DNA of 64,000 bases. Origin: Chrysomallon squamiferum (Eukaryota > Animalia > Mollusca). Within the stretch, counting starts at the first letter, position 1. Each line of letters begins with the position of its first letter. The position numbers and the translations under genes were made by a program. A model generated the notes under the pieces. It ran no database searches, was not told where the DNA came from, and saw nothing but the letters and a program-made list of their open reading frames with translations. The stretch lies in contig CM022672.1 in the NCBI GenBank assembly GCA_012295275.1, positions 18,910,001 to 18,974,000 of the forward strand, written 5' to 3'. This document shows, one piece after another, positions 12,901-28,575 of the stretch.

Positions 12901-15900
12901 TACATCCCAAATGCACCTCCATGAGATTCATCCTTGTAAGTAAAGTGTAAGTATATGAGGTTTCAGCTAGATCAGTTTATTAAATTGCTTAATTAAATAA
13001 CAACACATCAAGCACTTATCCAGCTTTATAAATCTGCTTAAAAATAAAATATAAAACAATTTTCTTTTAAAAGTCACTAACAGATAATCAGTAATTATGA
13101 AACTCTTTCTAATATTTATAAGTAATTGGAATCTGTTGTAAATATTTAAATTATTAAACAGTCAGTTTCAACATTTTAAAACATAGTGAGCAATAGTAAA
13201 TAGTAATGGATAATCTGTAAAAGCTAATGCTTATAGACAATTAGAATCCAGAATAAATATTTAAACAAGAATTTTTTATTTTTGTTCTGGGTTCAGGCAC
13301 AAACACAAGAGGATAAACACTCCTCGAAGCATCAAATACTAAATGGTAGTTCATAACATTATAAATTAATTTGTTAGCATTTAATATACAGTATTAAATA
13401 CTGTTTTTCTTCAAGACATAACTAGACAGAAGACATACAAAAAAATTAAAATTAAAATTAGAATTAAAAAAATAAATTTCGTCCATTTTTTTTTTTTTTT
13501 TAGAACTTACAGGTGTACTTATACACAGGTCATCAGATATGACTATCCTAAGTTTATTGTCAGATATTTTCTTGTGTAAACACTGGCTATCTCTAAGTTC
13601 CTTTTTTATCTGGTATATAAAAACATAAAATTTCAGTTATATTCTTCCACCTTGAGCACAGCTATAAATCAGGACAATGGCTCAAGTTCTTAAATAAAGT
13701 ACTGTGATATCTGTTTTATTATGAAAAACAAATCACTCCATGAATAAAGACATAAGCTAATAAACTGCACCTTCATGTAAGCATATTTTATGTGTCTTAT
13801 GCCAACAGCTAATTCATGTGACCTTGTAAATACCTTTCAAAACTTCTGCCCCCACACTTTTATCCAAGAGGCCTATTTGAGGATTAACAGTTAACAAATG
13901 TTACAGAACTATTTACTACTTAGACACTTATTTTTTTTATTAACATTTTACTCTGCCTATCTGGTCATCCAAGATACATTTCTAAAATATATATGTATAT
14001 ACATTTATTTACTATTAAAATTATAACTGAAGGTCATTTTACCCAAGTTATTATCATATTTATATTTACTGTAAGTTCAAAGATGCTGTTCCTAACCATA
14101 ATCCAGAAACCTAAGGTTCTTCACTTCAACAATTTCAGTAAATGTTTTGCTGTCTTTTCTAATTTATAAACAAATATTTAGTTCAACAGAAAGTACTAGT
14201 CTTTAACGAAAACTAAAATGAGAAAGAATGACTGGTTACTAAAAAAAAAAAAAAAAAAAAAAAAAACATTTCAGTGTGGAAATGAATACTGGTTATAAAT
14301 TGTTTTTTATGATGAAAATATGAAAATCTGAAAACTGTCATATTAAAAGTTTTTCAAAAACGATTGATAAGATACTATTAATACAAATAGCAGGGACCGA
14401 TCCAACAACCTGTAAATGTTCAGAACTTTCTCTAAAGTGTAGATTATTTTATAGCTGTCTTTTTAAAAGTCAAGCATTAAAGCATTCATTTCTTAAGAGA
14501 GTTGCCTAAACATTATTACTGGTGCCATAAATTACAATTTCATACTATGCCCTGGAGACACAAATAACCTACATCCAAATACACAATGTGTACCTTACCC
14601 ATTCCTCACATAAAGTGAGGTATACCGAAGTGTTATTTAAAAATCCACAGCAACTTCATGTGCAGACAGCGTGTATCAGACAGTGTAATAAACTATGCAT
14701 CGCTTTAAAAAAAACCCACAAGAACGAAAGAATGCAGACTCTGCAGCAATTAATCTGTCCCTATTGCGAAATCCACAAGCATCTCACAATCAAGAATACT
14801 AAAATTATTCTTTTTTTTTTTAGAAATAGCAGTAGCTTTTACACCTGCATCTTGCAGCATTCAGCGTGTTTAAACTATTAGTAATAATTTAGATTTCAGC
14901 ACTGCTCATTGTGTGAAGACATGTTTATAGACCATTATGATACGCATTATGTATCGTGCATAAAACATGAACATGCACCCTAAAACACATTTTGCTTAGT
15001 GCATATTGATTAATATTATATATTTATGACAGTCTTATAGAGAAAACAAGCATCATTTGATATACACTGTATGCAGTCTACACTCTACATAAAAACATGA
15101 TGTATTTACTACAATAGCTAATTGTAATATATAAATGCTTAATAATGCAGGGGAAAAGCAAAATCTATTTCTCAATCTCTCCTTAATGTCACACAGTTTG
15201 GCATCTGCAATAAATATGCCTAATATTAATTTTAAAGGTTTATATATCAAGAAAATCTTAACAGAAAAGACAAAATTAAAATTAATAAAAATAAAAAGTG
15301 TTTGATGACTCAGAATGGAAGGGAAAAATGATAATCTTGATTTTTACACCTATCCTAGCAACAGATCAACAAAATATCTGTGTTTTTTATCTGTTCACAC
15401 CTACCTGTCTCTGGTAGCCGGGCCCACCAATACAGTATTATTTCTCTTTACTTAGACAGAACTACATACTTGTCAAGTGTTAAGATAACATTCCTAGTGC
15501 TTCTACTTCAAATCACTGGGACTATCAAACTTTCCACTCCCAACATCACTTTTCAACACCAGTCACATTATAAACAAACAAAATGGCTATTTTTATTGGC
15601 AAGGAATTTGCACACTTGTTATCACTGTAAATCTATGATGCTGACTGATGTAAAATTTGAATTTAAAAAAAAAAAAAAAAAATTAAGGAAATATAGAATA
15701 GATATATATATTTTATGTATTGAATCTTTTTTTTTTTTTTTTTTTTTTTATATCAGCATTAAAATAGAAGAGATATTTCTTGGTCACATAACTATTTGAA
15801 TAGGAAAGCCTAAATCATATAATCTGAAATTCAATAGCTTATTATAGAACATTTTGAATACTCTGTCAGTCTCTTCGATAATAACAGATTTCATTCTCAT

Positions 15901-16237
15901 TATCTATCAGAAGTCAAATTAGTTCCTTAGTCTATTAATGATCATATAAATTTATTTTATTTTTTTAAATTAGATCTGTATGTGAATATAAGCTTAACAT
16001 TGAAACTAAAAAGAAATATAATTGTTCTTATTTAGAAAATACAGACACCTGATACCGATGCATATAATATTAAGATAAGGAAGTATACATTTAATTAGAA
16101 GAAGAAAATTAATTATTATTTCTGAAAATAACATTATTTGTCTGACTGAAACCCAAGATAATTTTTAAATCAAGATTATTTTTATGATTAATTTTATTTG
16201 CTATCTACTAAAATATTTAGCCAGTTTAGACAGATAT

Positions 16238-16241
<4 letters not shown>

Positions 16242-16284
<43 letters not shown>
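16242..16284. repeat. (AC)n microsatellite
   Basis: Directly visible. Confidence 0.95.
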
Positions 16285-16286
<2 letters not shown>

Positions 16287-17131
16287 CTGTACATTTGCAG
16301 TTTCCTGGCAACCTAGGCCTGGAAATCCATCTACAGCAAACTTTCTCATTTGCTTTAGACAGGAGAATGGTGTGTTGGCATGAACTGCTAAAAGATACTC
16401 GTCTACGTATGTACAATACAGCTACACTAAGAGATGAAAAAGCTCTATTCTTTCAGTTACACATAATTTACCTGTCAGAACACAAGGCATTCACAATCAG
16501 TTATGAAATCCAAGCTTCTCCTTCAAAACTGAACAAAAAGTATTTGTATTTACAGGTCTCAGTAAGCATCTCTCCATTTTTGCAGTGTAGTGAAAAGTTT
16601 CCTGATGCCCAAACTCTTCCCAGTGTCTAGACTAAACAAAGTTATGGATTATTGATGAATCAAGGCAACATGACACTGAATTCTTTCAAAATAAAGTTTA
16701 GCTTAAACAGTTTTGTGCAATATTAATTAATCCGTACTTCTCAGATATTTTTGAAAACTTCTCCATTTAACAAGACCGGTATTAAAAATATAATACTATT
16801 AAGTAAAAGAATGGCCCATCTCCATAATTATTCATTATCACTTTTTAATCAATCACCAACACGGTTACCATGGCAATTTATTTTGCTCAATTCACAGCTG
16901 CTCCATTAACTAGAGTTGATGGATGTGCAGCAATTAATAAGTTTTCAATTTAGCTGTGCACTGTGTCAAAATTTATAGCAAGTAGCACTTTAGATAATAA
17001 AAAGAAATGAAATCTAACCCATATGGGCTCTATCAGTTTTCTATTACCATATTCTGCATCACATCAGAATGTAGCAGAGCTCTCAGTACAACAAGAAATT
17101 GCATACTACATTTTATATATAATATAGTGAC

Positions 17132-17470
17132 TTATTATAGTCTTCCTTTGTTATTATTAGTATTATTAGTAGTGGTAGTACTGTAGTAGTACTGGTGTTT
17201 ATATACATGTTCTTGATCTGGGTTTAAACCAATTTTTTGTTAGCATGCTGTGTTTTATATAGTCTTACTTTATTATTAGTAGTATTATTGTAGTAGTATT
17301 AGTGTTTAAATACTTGTTCTTGATTTGGGTTTAAACCAACTTTTTATTTGCATACTATGTTTTATATAGTCTTCCTTTATTATTATTAGTATTATTAGTG
17401 GTGGTAGTATTGTAGTAGTAGTATTAGGGTTTAAATACATGTTGTTGATCCGAGTTTAAACCAATTTTTT
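17132..17470. repeat. Minisatellite, 3 copies of a ~110-120 bp unit
   Basis: Each unit runs tatagtctt...(tag)n...tacatgttcttgatctgggtttaaaccaattttt (with variants). Confidence 0.9.
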
Positions 17471-20400
17471 TGCTTGTAAAAACACAAAAATAACTGACCA
17501 CTTCAGTGAATAACATTGTATATACATTTTAGAAAGAAAATTATTGTAAATAAATTTTAAAAATTGCACAATATCAAATAAAAGACCACTAAGAATATTA
17601 TAGACATTAAATCAAAACATCATAAATCAAACAATCAACATGAAACCATCATAACTGAACCAGATACTTGACTATTATTTAATATGATTTTTTTTTTTAA
17701 AAAGAGCAGTTCATTTTGACATTCGATAGAAAATTAATTTAGGTAACTGAAGCGAGTGAAGGGAATCTGTTATTCATCAGCTACAACACAGCTTTCACTG
17801 AATATTTTCCCCAGTGATCTAACCAGACTGAAGTTGGAACATTACATTCTGTTTACACAAAATGTTTTTTTAATAAACCTTTTATTTTTTTAATGATAAA
17901 TATTTTATTTCTAGGATTTTCAGTTTTATCAGAGCTAAACAGCTTTTTTGTATACAGATTATGAAATCTTACCATATTATGTGCATACATGTGTTGAATC
18001 AAACAAAAAGATTAGTTACAAATATACATTATTTTTCCTTTTATCTTTTTTCCTTCTTCTTCTTCATTGTATACAATGTATAAAATACTGTAACTGTCTT
18101 GTTCTTTTTTTTCTTCCAGAAATGATAAATTAGAACTGACCTATAACCTTTTCATTCCATTTTAGGGTTGAAGGCTATTTTTCTCATTTCATTTTGATTA
18201 AATTGCTAAGAAAAGTTAGACATGAAATATATAATTACAGTTGCTTTACTTCACTTACTAAACAATTTTTTTTTTCTCAATTTATACACCCATGACAGAC
18301 ATGCCTTTACCTTTAAATTGGATATAAACCTGAGAGTGCTCATCCAGATTTTCATTTAAATTATTATATTTTAATGTTTTATTGTGGATTTTTTTTTTTT
18401 TTTTTACTTACTATACAGGTGGTTAAGCTTCTAAGTCATCAAACAACTATTTCAGACATGAAAAATATTATCAAGTATGTTGTTAGTACTGGCAGTATAA
18501 ACTGTTCTACAATTACTCAGTAATTGCTTTACAGGATTTAAGACCAGTATCTGCAGGCTAAATTTGGTTTGTTCATTCAGCTATGAGTGTGTGCTGGTGT
18601 GAACAAAGTCAGAGCACCAATACCAACTAGAGAAACAGACAATAAAAAATGCCATTTTCAGAAAACAATCCAGCTGAAAAATAATAACTGGTCTTGATAG
18701 GTTTCTCTCTACAACATTAGCCTTTAGTTTTATAGAATTAACCATCAGCAATAAGAATGAAAGTCAGCATCAAAATCAATATGCGTGTGAAAAAAGTGTT
18801 CGTGCAGATACACTTTTAATTCAGCTATTGTATTCATAAATGTATGAATATATCTGACATAATTATATACATGTATTAAGATGATGCTGTTCAATTACAA
18901 GTAACACTTGGATGACTGAAATGAGCGTGTGTGTGTGTGTGTGTGTACATATCTATGTTTTTGTTTATATACATGTATGTATATGCTATTTAATTGCCTG
19001 TGTATGTGCACAGATGCATGTAAATGTAAGCAGGGAGAGCAGAAAATTAACACCTGTCAGTATAGTTAGACAATGCAGCTTTTACAAATTATTACATATT
19101 CAAATTTACAAGAGTGTCTTGCACTTTTATTTTTTTGCACTAATGTTTTTTTTTTTTTGTTTTTTTATATATACTAGACTGTCATGCACTTTTGTTTTTT
19201 TGCACTAACTTTTTTATTTTTTTACCTTAAACTATTTTAAACCCCAAGGAAGCAACTGCAGATGACATATTCACAGCTATTTCAAGTTTGTGACAAGCTG
19301 CAGGTAGTGTATATTCACCTAACATGACAAATACACATCTCCAGCTTACTACAATGACCTTGAAGACATACCATACCAAACCATGATCCAGATTTCATGT
19401 CACATGATCCCTTTCACACCCACCAGACAAAAGATACTGGTTATACAAGCTGATGACATCCCTATAACCACTGATTTAATCTTACTAGGCTTCAGATGTG
19501 ATCTTCCACACTGGAGTAATGAACTGGCAGACTGGTCACAAAGATTTATATTAAAATACATAAAGTTACATGTTTAATAATCTATTTTAACTGTCCAACA
19601 GACCCTTTTTTTTTTTTCTTACTGTGACCATTGAACAGTTTGCTTAGATTTAAAAACGAGATTTGTACGTATTTGTGTGTTTTTATTTCAGCTATGCAGA
19701 GATGGATGTAAATTAAAAACAGCCAGAAGTAATAACAAAACAGCCTGACTGGTGGACCGTATCAGCGTTCTCTTTACAAACAACTCCAGGCTTTTTGCAC
19801 TTCAAGCTACAGATTGTGGGTGTATGAGTCATAAACAGTTATTACCTGTGAAAGAATACGTTAAGCTGTAAAACTCAATTCAAAATTTCTAATGCCAATA
19901 ATTAAAAAAACAAAAGGTACAGAATCAAGTACTTTCCTGAATAAGCAGAATTAATGTTGAAAACTCTGCTGTTAACAGTGTTACAGGAAATATAAACCCA
20001 AAACACAACAACATACACATACTTAGAGGATGGGTATTTAATTTCTACTTAATTAAAACAAATCAGATTTTGGATTTGAAAAAAAAAAGATGAACCAGTT
20101 ATTCAAGGTAACAGTCTTTACATATAAACCTTCATGACAGTAATATATTAATTTTGTAACAAATTATTAATAAATGAAAAATAAATATTTTACTGTACTG
20201 ATACTGAATAGCAGTATGTGTAAATTATTTCTGAGAAGAAATACATAAACACTGATTACACAGATATCAACATGTATATTGCACATATGCAGAATATATT
20301 ATATATTAAATAACAATAATAATAAATAATTCATTGATTTATCTTATTTAATAATCAAACATAATGAACATGTACCTTTTAAAGTCCATATGTGCATGTA

Positions 20401-22797
20401 ATTTGTTCTCCAAATGTAAACAATCCTATACACCTTCACATACATTGTCACTTGTGTATGCAATTACAGAATTAAAAATTTTGAATGCAAAGATATAAAT
20501 TATACCCTGAATGTCTGCATCTAATCTCTCTCTAGTAATGTAAGAAGACATTTTTAAAAAAAATAAAAAATCATGGATAACACAACGAACATTTTCACAG
20601 CAGACAGATCATGTATGCAAGCAATAAGCAACCACATAAAATAACCTTTCCACTGAACCACTGGATAGTTTTATCACTAATAAAACATTTTTTTGTTCTT
20701 TACTTCTTTCTTAATCTCATGCATCTCTGTTAAAACAGTGCATAATCTAGAAAACATTTTCTGTAGTTCTTGTGAATTTCATTAGCACAGCAAGTTTATC
20801 TGTTTCTCTCCATTTGAGGCCAGTGCTAAACACTGGCATTACTAGCTATACTTTGTTTGTTAAAAAAAAGAGAAAGAAAATAAAGCTGCAAGAATTATTA
20901 TTACATGAATAATAATGCTCACACCTTTGGGCAAGAGTTATAGTGCAAATCAAAAGGGATTACAGGCAGCTCAAGGCTAAGTCAAGTTTTATGTCATTGG
21001 GATCTGATGTTCGTGGAAGTTAACAACAACATTTATTATTGCAGGGTAGCCTGTCATCATCATCATCATTGCTATTTGACAGACGAGAACATTCCATGTC
21101 GCTAACGGCAACAATAATTGTATTTAATACAGTGCTAATCCAAGGTCAAATCAAATGGATACCAAAAGCAGTAAGACATCATCTGTCAGTGGGCGACAAT
21201 TACTGTTAATATTATGGCACTATAGTTTTAAATAATTGTACATAACAAATACACAGAAGAGGAATAAAGCACTGTTAAAACAAGTATGTGTATAATGTAG
21301 TATTTCAAGGTGAAACCATAAGATAACAAAAACAAGAAGCTAAAGATATTATCATAATGGTCTTTTTCTAGTATTATAGATGTAATATTAACTAAATAAC
21401 AGTAAAGCAGTGGCAATCTAAGGTTACCACAAAATATTACGATTTTTGAAGTAGCAGAAGTGATATTCAAAGTCATCATTAGTAAAACAAACGTTTTGTG
21501 TCTGCTGAAACATGACGACACAAAGAAGTAAGCTTTATACAGTTGTGCAAGTTACCAGTGAACTTCGTGATCAGGTCCAAACAACAATTACCTTTATTTC
21601 TGAACAGCTTAACTATACCATTAGTGGTAGTTTTAAGCACTATACAAGTCAAAGCAGCTCTGGTAATCCAACATCATCACAATCACAGGGCAGATGTTTT
21701 CACAAGATAAATAATTATAAATCAGTGACAGGTGTCTTTTCTCCAGAAGAACTCTAATAAGCCGAGGTCACTACCAACTGTCTGCAACATAAAACCTGGA
21801 GATATTGAGTCAGACTTACTTATGAATTTGATATCCATGTTGTTATTTGCAGCAGTTCACCACAATAATCTTAAAACTGAAACACAACAGCTTTCAAAAA
21901 ACATTAAGTTTTAATCTTCACTTATTAAATTTTGTTGTTCAGTTGTAACTGTAAAGTCCTAGTCACTTACAAGAACATCAGAAATATATTAAAAATAAAG
22001 TATGCGTGAACAGCTGATCAGCTCATCATTTATCACACATCCATTGCTATGTGATGTAACAATATCACCACAAGGTACAATGTAATAGCTGACTGTTTTC
22101 CCATAATATGTAAATAATCATCACCAACAAATGTGAAATTTATAATAATTTAAGATAATTGCTTTGTAAAATTTAGTTTTTAAAAATACATTTTAAATAA
22201 TTTAAAAAAAACAAAATTCTACACCCTCCTATTATTCTTTCAAAAGAATAAAATGCATCTGCATTAAAATAATGATCAAAATAAAACCAGAATTTTTTTT
22301 TAACAGCTACTGCAGAAACTCAGACAATCTTAACAATTCGCATTAATAATCATATTATTATTAATAACATTAATATAATTAAATATTGAAACAGAAGCAA
22401 AATGTCAATCTTCCACACCCGGTCTTATTATCTTACTTCAACCGTCAAAATCTCGTTCTAGTTTAACGAGGTTCTCCAGTTATTTTAAAACATGCATATA
22501 TGCTGAGATAATATATTAATTAAAATGTTCAGTCTGAAAAATTACCTCATTCGCATGTCATGGCATGGCATGGTATGGGAGCGAAGAGAAAGTAACTCCA
22601 GTGAAATATAACGCCTCGATTGTTTACGGTATATGTGACACGGAAACCCGTTTGGCTTACCCAAACATGGGCACCGGCTGTCGAATAAACGAAAGTAAGC
22701 TGTTGATCTGCTATATTGTTCTAAATAATGATGCCGGCACCTCATGTTCTGTGCTATAATATAACTGTGCAAAAATAAAACTAACAACTGCACTTAC

Positions 22798-22950
22798 CTG
22801 AACAAGTAAGTGTATAAAATTAAAAGGATCGGGTCAGGTTAACACTCTACAGCGACGCCGGGTTTTTGCTGGGAATGGTCCACATGCGCGGAGTGGGATG
22901 CGCACAAAACAAGCGAAGATTCTAAATTCACTGCGTTCCAGTCGAATGAC
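22798..22950 (-). promoter_or_regulatory. Probable promoter and non-coding first exon of the KY/hillarin-like gene
   Basis: Consensus donor CAG|GTAAGT on the - strand at 22798/22797, next to a locally GC/CpG-rich stretch. The ATG exon (6454-6622) has an acceptor and so needs an upstream UTR exon. The link is inferred. Confidence 0.45.
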
Positions 22951-24599
22951 ACAAAATAACTGCTTGCTAAGGGAGATAAACATATGTAGAAAAGGAAAAG
23001 TACATAATTATAATACTAATAGGTTCCTTCTTTTTTCACTTACTTTCCTACTTTAATGTCGGTTTTCGATATATTTTCAATTTCATTTCAACAACTCTGT
23101 TACTGACATACTTTCCTTGTTTTATCATGTTTGTTTCTTAAAACAATTTGTATAAAACTATGACCCGTAAAGGTCAATTATGAACCCTTCAAAGGTCTGC
23201 GTCCTAGACGTTCTCTGTAGTTGGCTTAATAGTAGTGCAGGCCCTGAGTGTTTGGATGTGTGTACCTGGGAGAAAGATATGAATGAAGTGATAAAAATTC
23301 TTTCTCTTGCTCTGTTTCACAAACAGACGCAGGCTATACATCTATACATACACATTCACCCCCTCTCTCTCTTGTGCACATGCATGAACGCACATAAAAC
23401 ACGGCAATTATAACCCATTCATGAACGTTCACGAATATTCCTTGTTTAGATTAATCTTCACACTAACGTTTTGCAGTTATTTTAGCTTATTGACATTACG
23501 TCTCAAATATTTAGTAGAGGGGATTTAAAAAAATTAAAAGTTTATCATAATTTCTGTCGCAAGCCTAAGAAAAAATGTTATTTATAAAGAATGTGAGGAT
23601 GTATTTTCTTTTCAGTGAAGAGTTGTGAGACCTATGATTAATCATTTGTAACGTAGATCCGTCTGATATTGATTTTTATCCTTACTTCTGTAGCTGTTTG
23701 TTTAGTTATGTATTATTATATTACAAAATGTTTTTGTGTCGACATTTGAAATCGGGAATTTTTTCTTCTTTTAATTAATTTTCTTTTTTCTTTTTATTAA
23801 ATTTATTCTTGTATTTTGTGACTAGAGAAACTTCTATATTTTAGGGCACTGAGCAGAATTAGGACATTTTGGGACAGAACTTTATTTACTTAGATGAATT
23901 ACTTGTTCCAAGTTACTTCTTTAGTGTTTACTTGCATTAAAAAGTTTTTTTCATTTAAAAATAGCAAATAAATTATGGGAGAACTATTTTGTTTTTGATA
24001 TATAGACGAAAACGAACGCAATGAGAGGTAAGCCGAAAAATAAAACAATTATTTTTTGTAATATTTAGATATCGGCTAAAGATAACACCTTTCTCCTGCT
24101 GCAATTAAGTCCTTCTAACCTTTGTGGAATAAAATTGATATCTTAAGACAGTATATATATATTAATGTACGTATTTATTTTACCTTTTTTATATTATTTT
24201 TATTTATTGTTTATTATATATATTTTAATGTTTAATTCTCTCTCTCTCTTTTTTCAAATTCGTTTACAGAAGTGCATATATATATATATGTTAGTTTGTT
24301 TTTAATTTTCTTAGTCAGTCCCGCCCAAAATACTTTGTTTTCTTTGCCTCCCACTTAGCACTTAATCACGTTTTCCGCTATAAATATTTGTCACGTCGCA
24401 AAAAAATCGTGAGGTATTATTTTTCTTAAAGTATTTTAGAATATAAAAATAATAAAACTACTACTAATAATAATAATGTCAGTGTTATATCTGATACTTT
24501 TTTTATTTTTTATTTTTTTTTTTTTTTTTTTAGTCGATAGCACCATATAATGTAATATATAAACAGTTTTGAGTCAGCGCACGTGACTACGACCTCTGC

Positions 24600-24815
24600 C
24601 ACTGCCTGACGACTTGTTTATCTAAAACGTGGTATCTACCTTCCCAGTCCATGGGAAGGCGGATATGAACGTTTCTTTGCCGCTAAACGATTTGTATAGA
24701 CCAAGGATTAACGGGGAGTATATTTCATTGTTATAATTATACATTAATCCTATGACTAACACCTGATAGCTGTTAATTCTAAAATGGGATAGTGTCAAAC
24801 GTTCGTTTCATTTAT
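24600..24815 (+). mobile_element. Degenerate SINE-like remnant
   Basis: Core ccatgggaaggcggatatgaacgtttctttgccgctaa plus a tail ending ...gtgtcaaacgttcgtttcattt; resembles the copies at 28.3-28.6 kb and 37.3-37.5 kb. Confidence 0.45.
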
Positions 24816-25634
24816 AATGAATTATACGACACAAAGCCTGGGCGCAGGGAACATCCGCCTTCTATTGTGGCTAGCTGATGTTTGTTTGTCACTATAATTA
24901 TTTCGTCTTCAAAGTTACATCCATTACAATAATGATGCCTTCTATTTTTAGATTCGAGACCAAGCCGCTGAGAAACAGGCTGTCAGGTTGTTTTGTTGTT
25001 GTTTTTTTTTGCTTTGTTTTTTAATTTTGAAACCTGTTCTTGTATATTTATTGTGCACTGTGGATTTATTTTCAAAAATTTGAATAGTAACAGATCTGAC
25101 GAATATTGGATGTCTTAATATTTGTTCTTCATATGTCGAGATCTCGTTAATCATTCATCATTTCATTTAATGTATTGAAAAAATATGAGTAAGTCTGGAT
25201 TTCTTAATGAATGTGGTTAATGGAACATTTTAGTAGCTATTGGATGGGAACAAAAGTTCAAGCCTTTTTTAAATTTTATCTTTTATTTTATTTTATTTTA
25301 TTTTATTTATTTTATTTTTTTTTTTATTTATTTATTTTGTATTTTTTTTTAATTAAATCCATGGACAATATTTAGATGTTTGTACACACATTTATTCACT
25401 CACGTATGTGCCATTTTGTTCACCTTTCAAAATATGGATATACATCGTATATTTCAATCATATGTGAAACGAAATCACGTGCTTAAACACTACTTAATGA
25501 AAAAAGTGCTATCAACTTCGTTTCAGCTGAATAATGTTATATCTGTGAAATTACTTTAATGCTCTTTATTATTTATTAATTTATTTATTATTTATTTATC
25601 TTTTTCCATGCATCCTTCTTTATCTTCTTCTTCT

Positions 25635-25636
<2 letters not shown>

Positions 25637-25722
<86 letters not shown>
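25637..25722. repeat. (CT)n(AT)n microsatellite
   Basis: Directly visible. Confidence 0.95.
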
Positions 25723-26666
25723 CTCTGTACGTATGTTTCTGTCTCTCTAAGAATGTTAGCCCTGTCATCGTACCGGAGTCTATTAGTCCAGGAATCCGAG
25801 TACAGTCATAATGAATTGAAAAATTTGACATATCGACCTCTATTAAACTGTCTTTAGTTTTACAGGAAATATGACTAGGCTGGGGTCTTCTGGTCGGTTC
25901 GTAGCGGATGTAATCTCGTGTTATTGATATTTTCAAAATTACTTTTACAACAGATAAAAAGAAGAGAAGTTAATGCTTTGATCCGAACCGTTCCTTGTGT
26001 AGGGGAAAGTATGCAACACTCTCGTTCTTATCTTCTAGCGATCGATGATTTTTTTTATTATTGTTAGAAACATTTCAAAGATCCGTGGCAATAAGAGCGC
26101 TGGATTTGCCTCCTTCTTAGATCCTCATTTGGTATGCTATACCCGAACAAAACTCCTGTGCATGTAATAAAGGGTGCTTTTTAAAAACACTGCTGTTTAA
26201 CCTGATTTGCAATAAAACAGCCAGGCTGATTGAAATCTAACAATTTTGATTCAACATTCTCAGCAGATCTAGGAAAAGCAATTCTCAGACTGTCAGAATA
26301 TCGATGCGATCACACATGAGATATACGTACAGAGACACTGCTTAACTCTTCGCGTTCTTCTCTGACGTGTGGTACTGAAATACAATAATACTGGCTATCA
26401 TTGTCTGCATTGTATTTTGTGTGAACCAATATAAAATAATAGTAATAGTAATTACAATACATACATACATACATACATACATTATTATTAATTACTTACC
26501 CCCCTCTTTCATTCTTTACGTAGTTTCATTCAAAGTTTCAAGACAAATTAAGATGCATGTAACAGATTTCATGATACTGATTGAAGATGCAGAGTGGCAG
26601 CTTCGGGTTTCACGTCATAATTACATATATATATTAGGATGATGTCTAACAATGGTTATTATTGTT

Positions 26667-26879
<213 letters not shown>

Positions 26880-27600
26880 AAATATTAAATGTCCTCAGAT
26901 GTATCTTTTATTATAGAATATTTTAATCTAACATCCTGTGTAAACAACACAGTTAAATAGTTAATTGTTTTGACTGGAAACGTGTGGCTGACTCTCTTTA
27001 AGAAATAAACTAATGACATAATCAATACTACAACAGTCACAACTGTTAGTAATTCAGTGCATGAGAGGAAGGAAATGGCGTTTGAAAATTCAGCTTTCCA
27101 CTTCAGTCGACTGGGTCATCAGTGAAGATAGATTGAATTATTCAATTACAGTTGTATAGTGTTAGATTGTTAAATTGAATAAAACGTATGAGAACAGTTC
27201 TTTTCGTTTTATGCAGTCAGGGTATGCCCTAATTTAATTCAGAGACTTCGAAATCTTTTTGAGAGAGTCCAAAAACTGAAGACAGTTTTATGAAAAAGCC
27301 TAAACAGTGTGTCATGAAATTATTATTTTAGGCAGCAGCAGAATTTTATTATTATTATTATTACTACTACTACTACTACTACTACTATTATTTTACTCAT
27401 TTTTAAATACATATATTATCTGTGCACTTTTAAATCATTGTTAATATCTCTTAATGGCAACTATTTTCATTTCATTCTTAAAATTATTTTGATGACAGCA
27501 CCTACAGCTTGCCAACAATTTATTCCAGCAGCCAACTCGGATATTGGAAAGCTATCCATCCTCAGATTAACATCTTTAATACCAGTCTTCCAGCTCTCTT

Positions 27601-27732
<132 letters not shown>

Positions 27733-28324
27733 AGTGTGTGTGTCTTAGCGTCTCTAAAAAAAAAAAAATAAAAAAAAAAATAAAAGAGCAACATTTTAAT
27801 TGGAGATCGCATTTTTGCAAAGACAAATAAAAAATTTAAAAAAAAAAACAAAAAAAAAAAAAAAAGAAGAATTGAAAAAAAGAAAAGAATAATTTTATAA
27901 ATTAAATAATAAATAAATAAAAAATTAATGGAAGAACTTATTTTTGCAAAGACATTTTTGCAAGATCCACCTGTAGACACTTACAGTCGAGTTCAGGGAG
28001 TGCTTTCTCAAACTGGCAGTGGTATACTGTGAACTATCCCTATCTGTTCTCGCCACGCGCTGTTGTTAATCTGGGAAACAGGAGTAATCACATCCTCACC
28101 GTAAACGTACATATCTCGTTCCAAGGATGAATATATTAACGTTAGTTTCAAAATTTTACTGTGATTCCGTCTACCGCAGCGAAAAATATTTAATAAAAAT
28201 TATACCATATTATACATTTATATATATTTATTTTTAATGACTACAGTTTTCAAGGATTACATATTCAGCTGTGTGTGTATCATTCTGTGACGTTTTATAT
28301 ATAAAACTTTAATTTATGTAGCTT

Positions 28325-28575
28325 CTGGTATCCCAGTGACTGTATCGGAATAACCTTTGGCTCACTACTTAGAAATGCTGTCGATCACATGATCTATTGT
28401 CTTCAGCACTCCCATTGGCCCATTTCCCATATCAAAAAGCGTTGATATGTGCTTGCACACCTGTGGGAAGGTAGTTAGTAAACGATTCCTTAATGCTAAT
28501 ATAAAAGTTGAATACTATCGCTCATCAATCTCTGTGGTCCTTAAAAACCTGTTAATCCAGTTGACGAACAATAAT
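28325..28575 (+). mobile_element. Degenerate SINE-like remnant
   Basis: cccattggcccatttccc...ctgtgggaaggtag...gattccttaatgctaat...tctctgtggtccttaa; shares its core with the other copies in the window. Confidence 0.5.

Noticed and set aside
23161-23187. Nuclear-receptor half-site cluster TGACCC-n4-AGGTCA-n4-TGAACC
   Set aside because: Short motif with no supporting context; could arise by chance.
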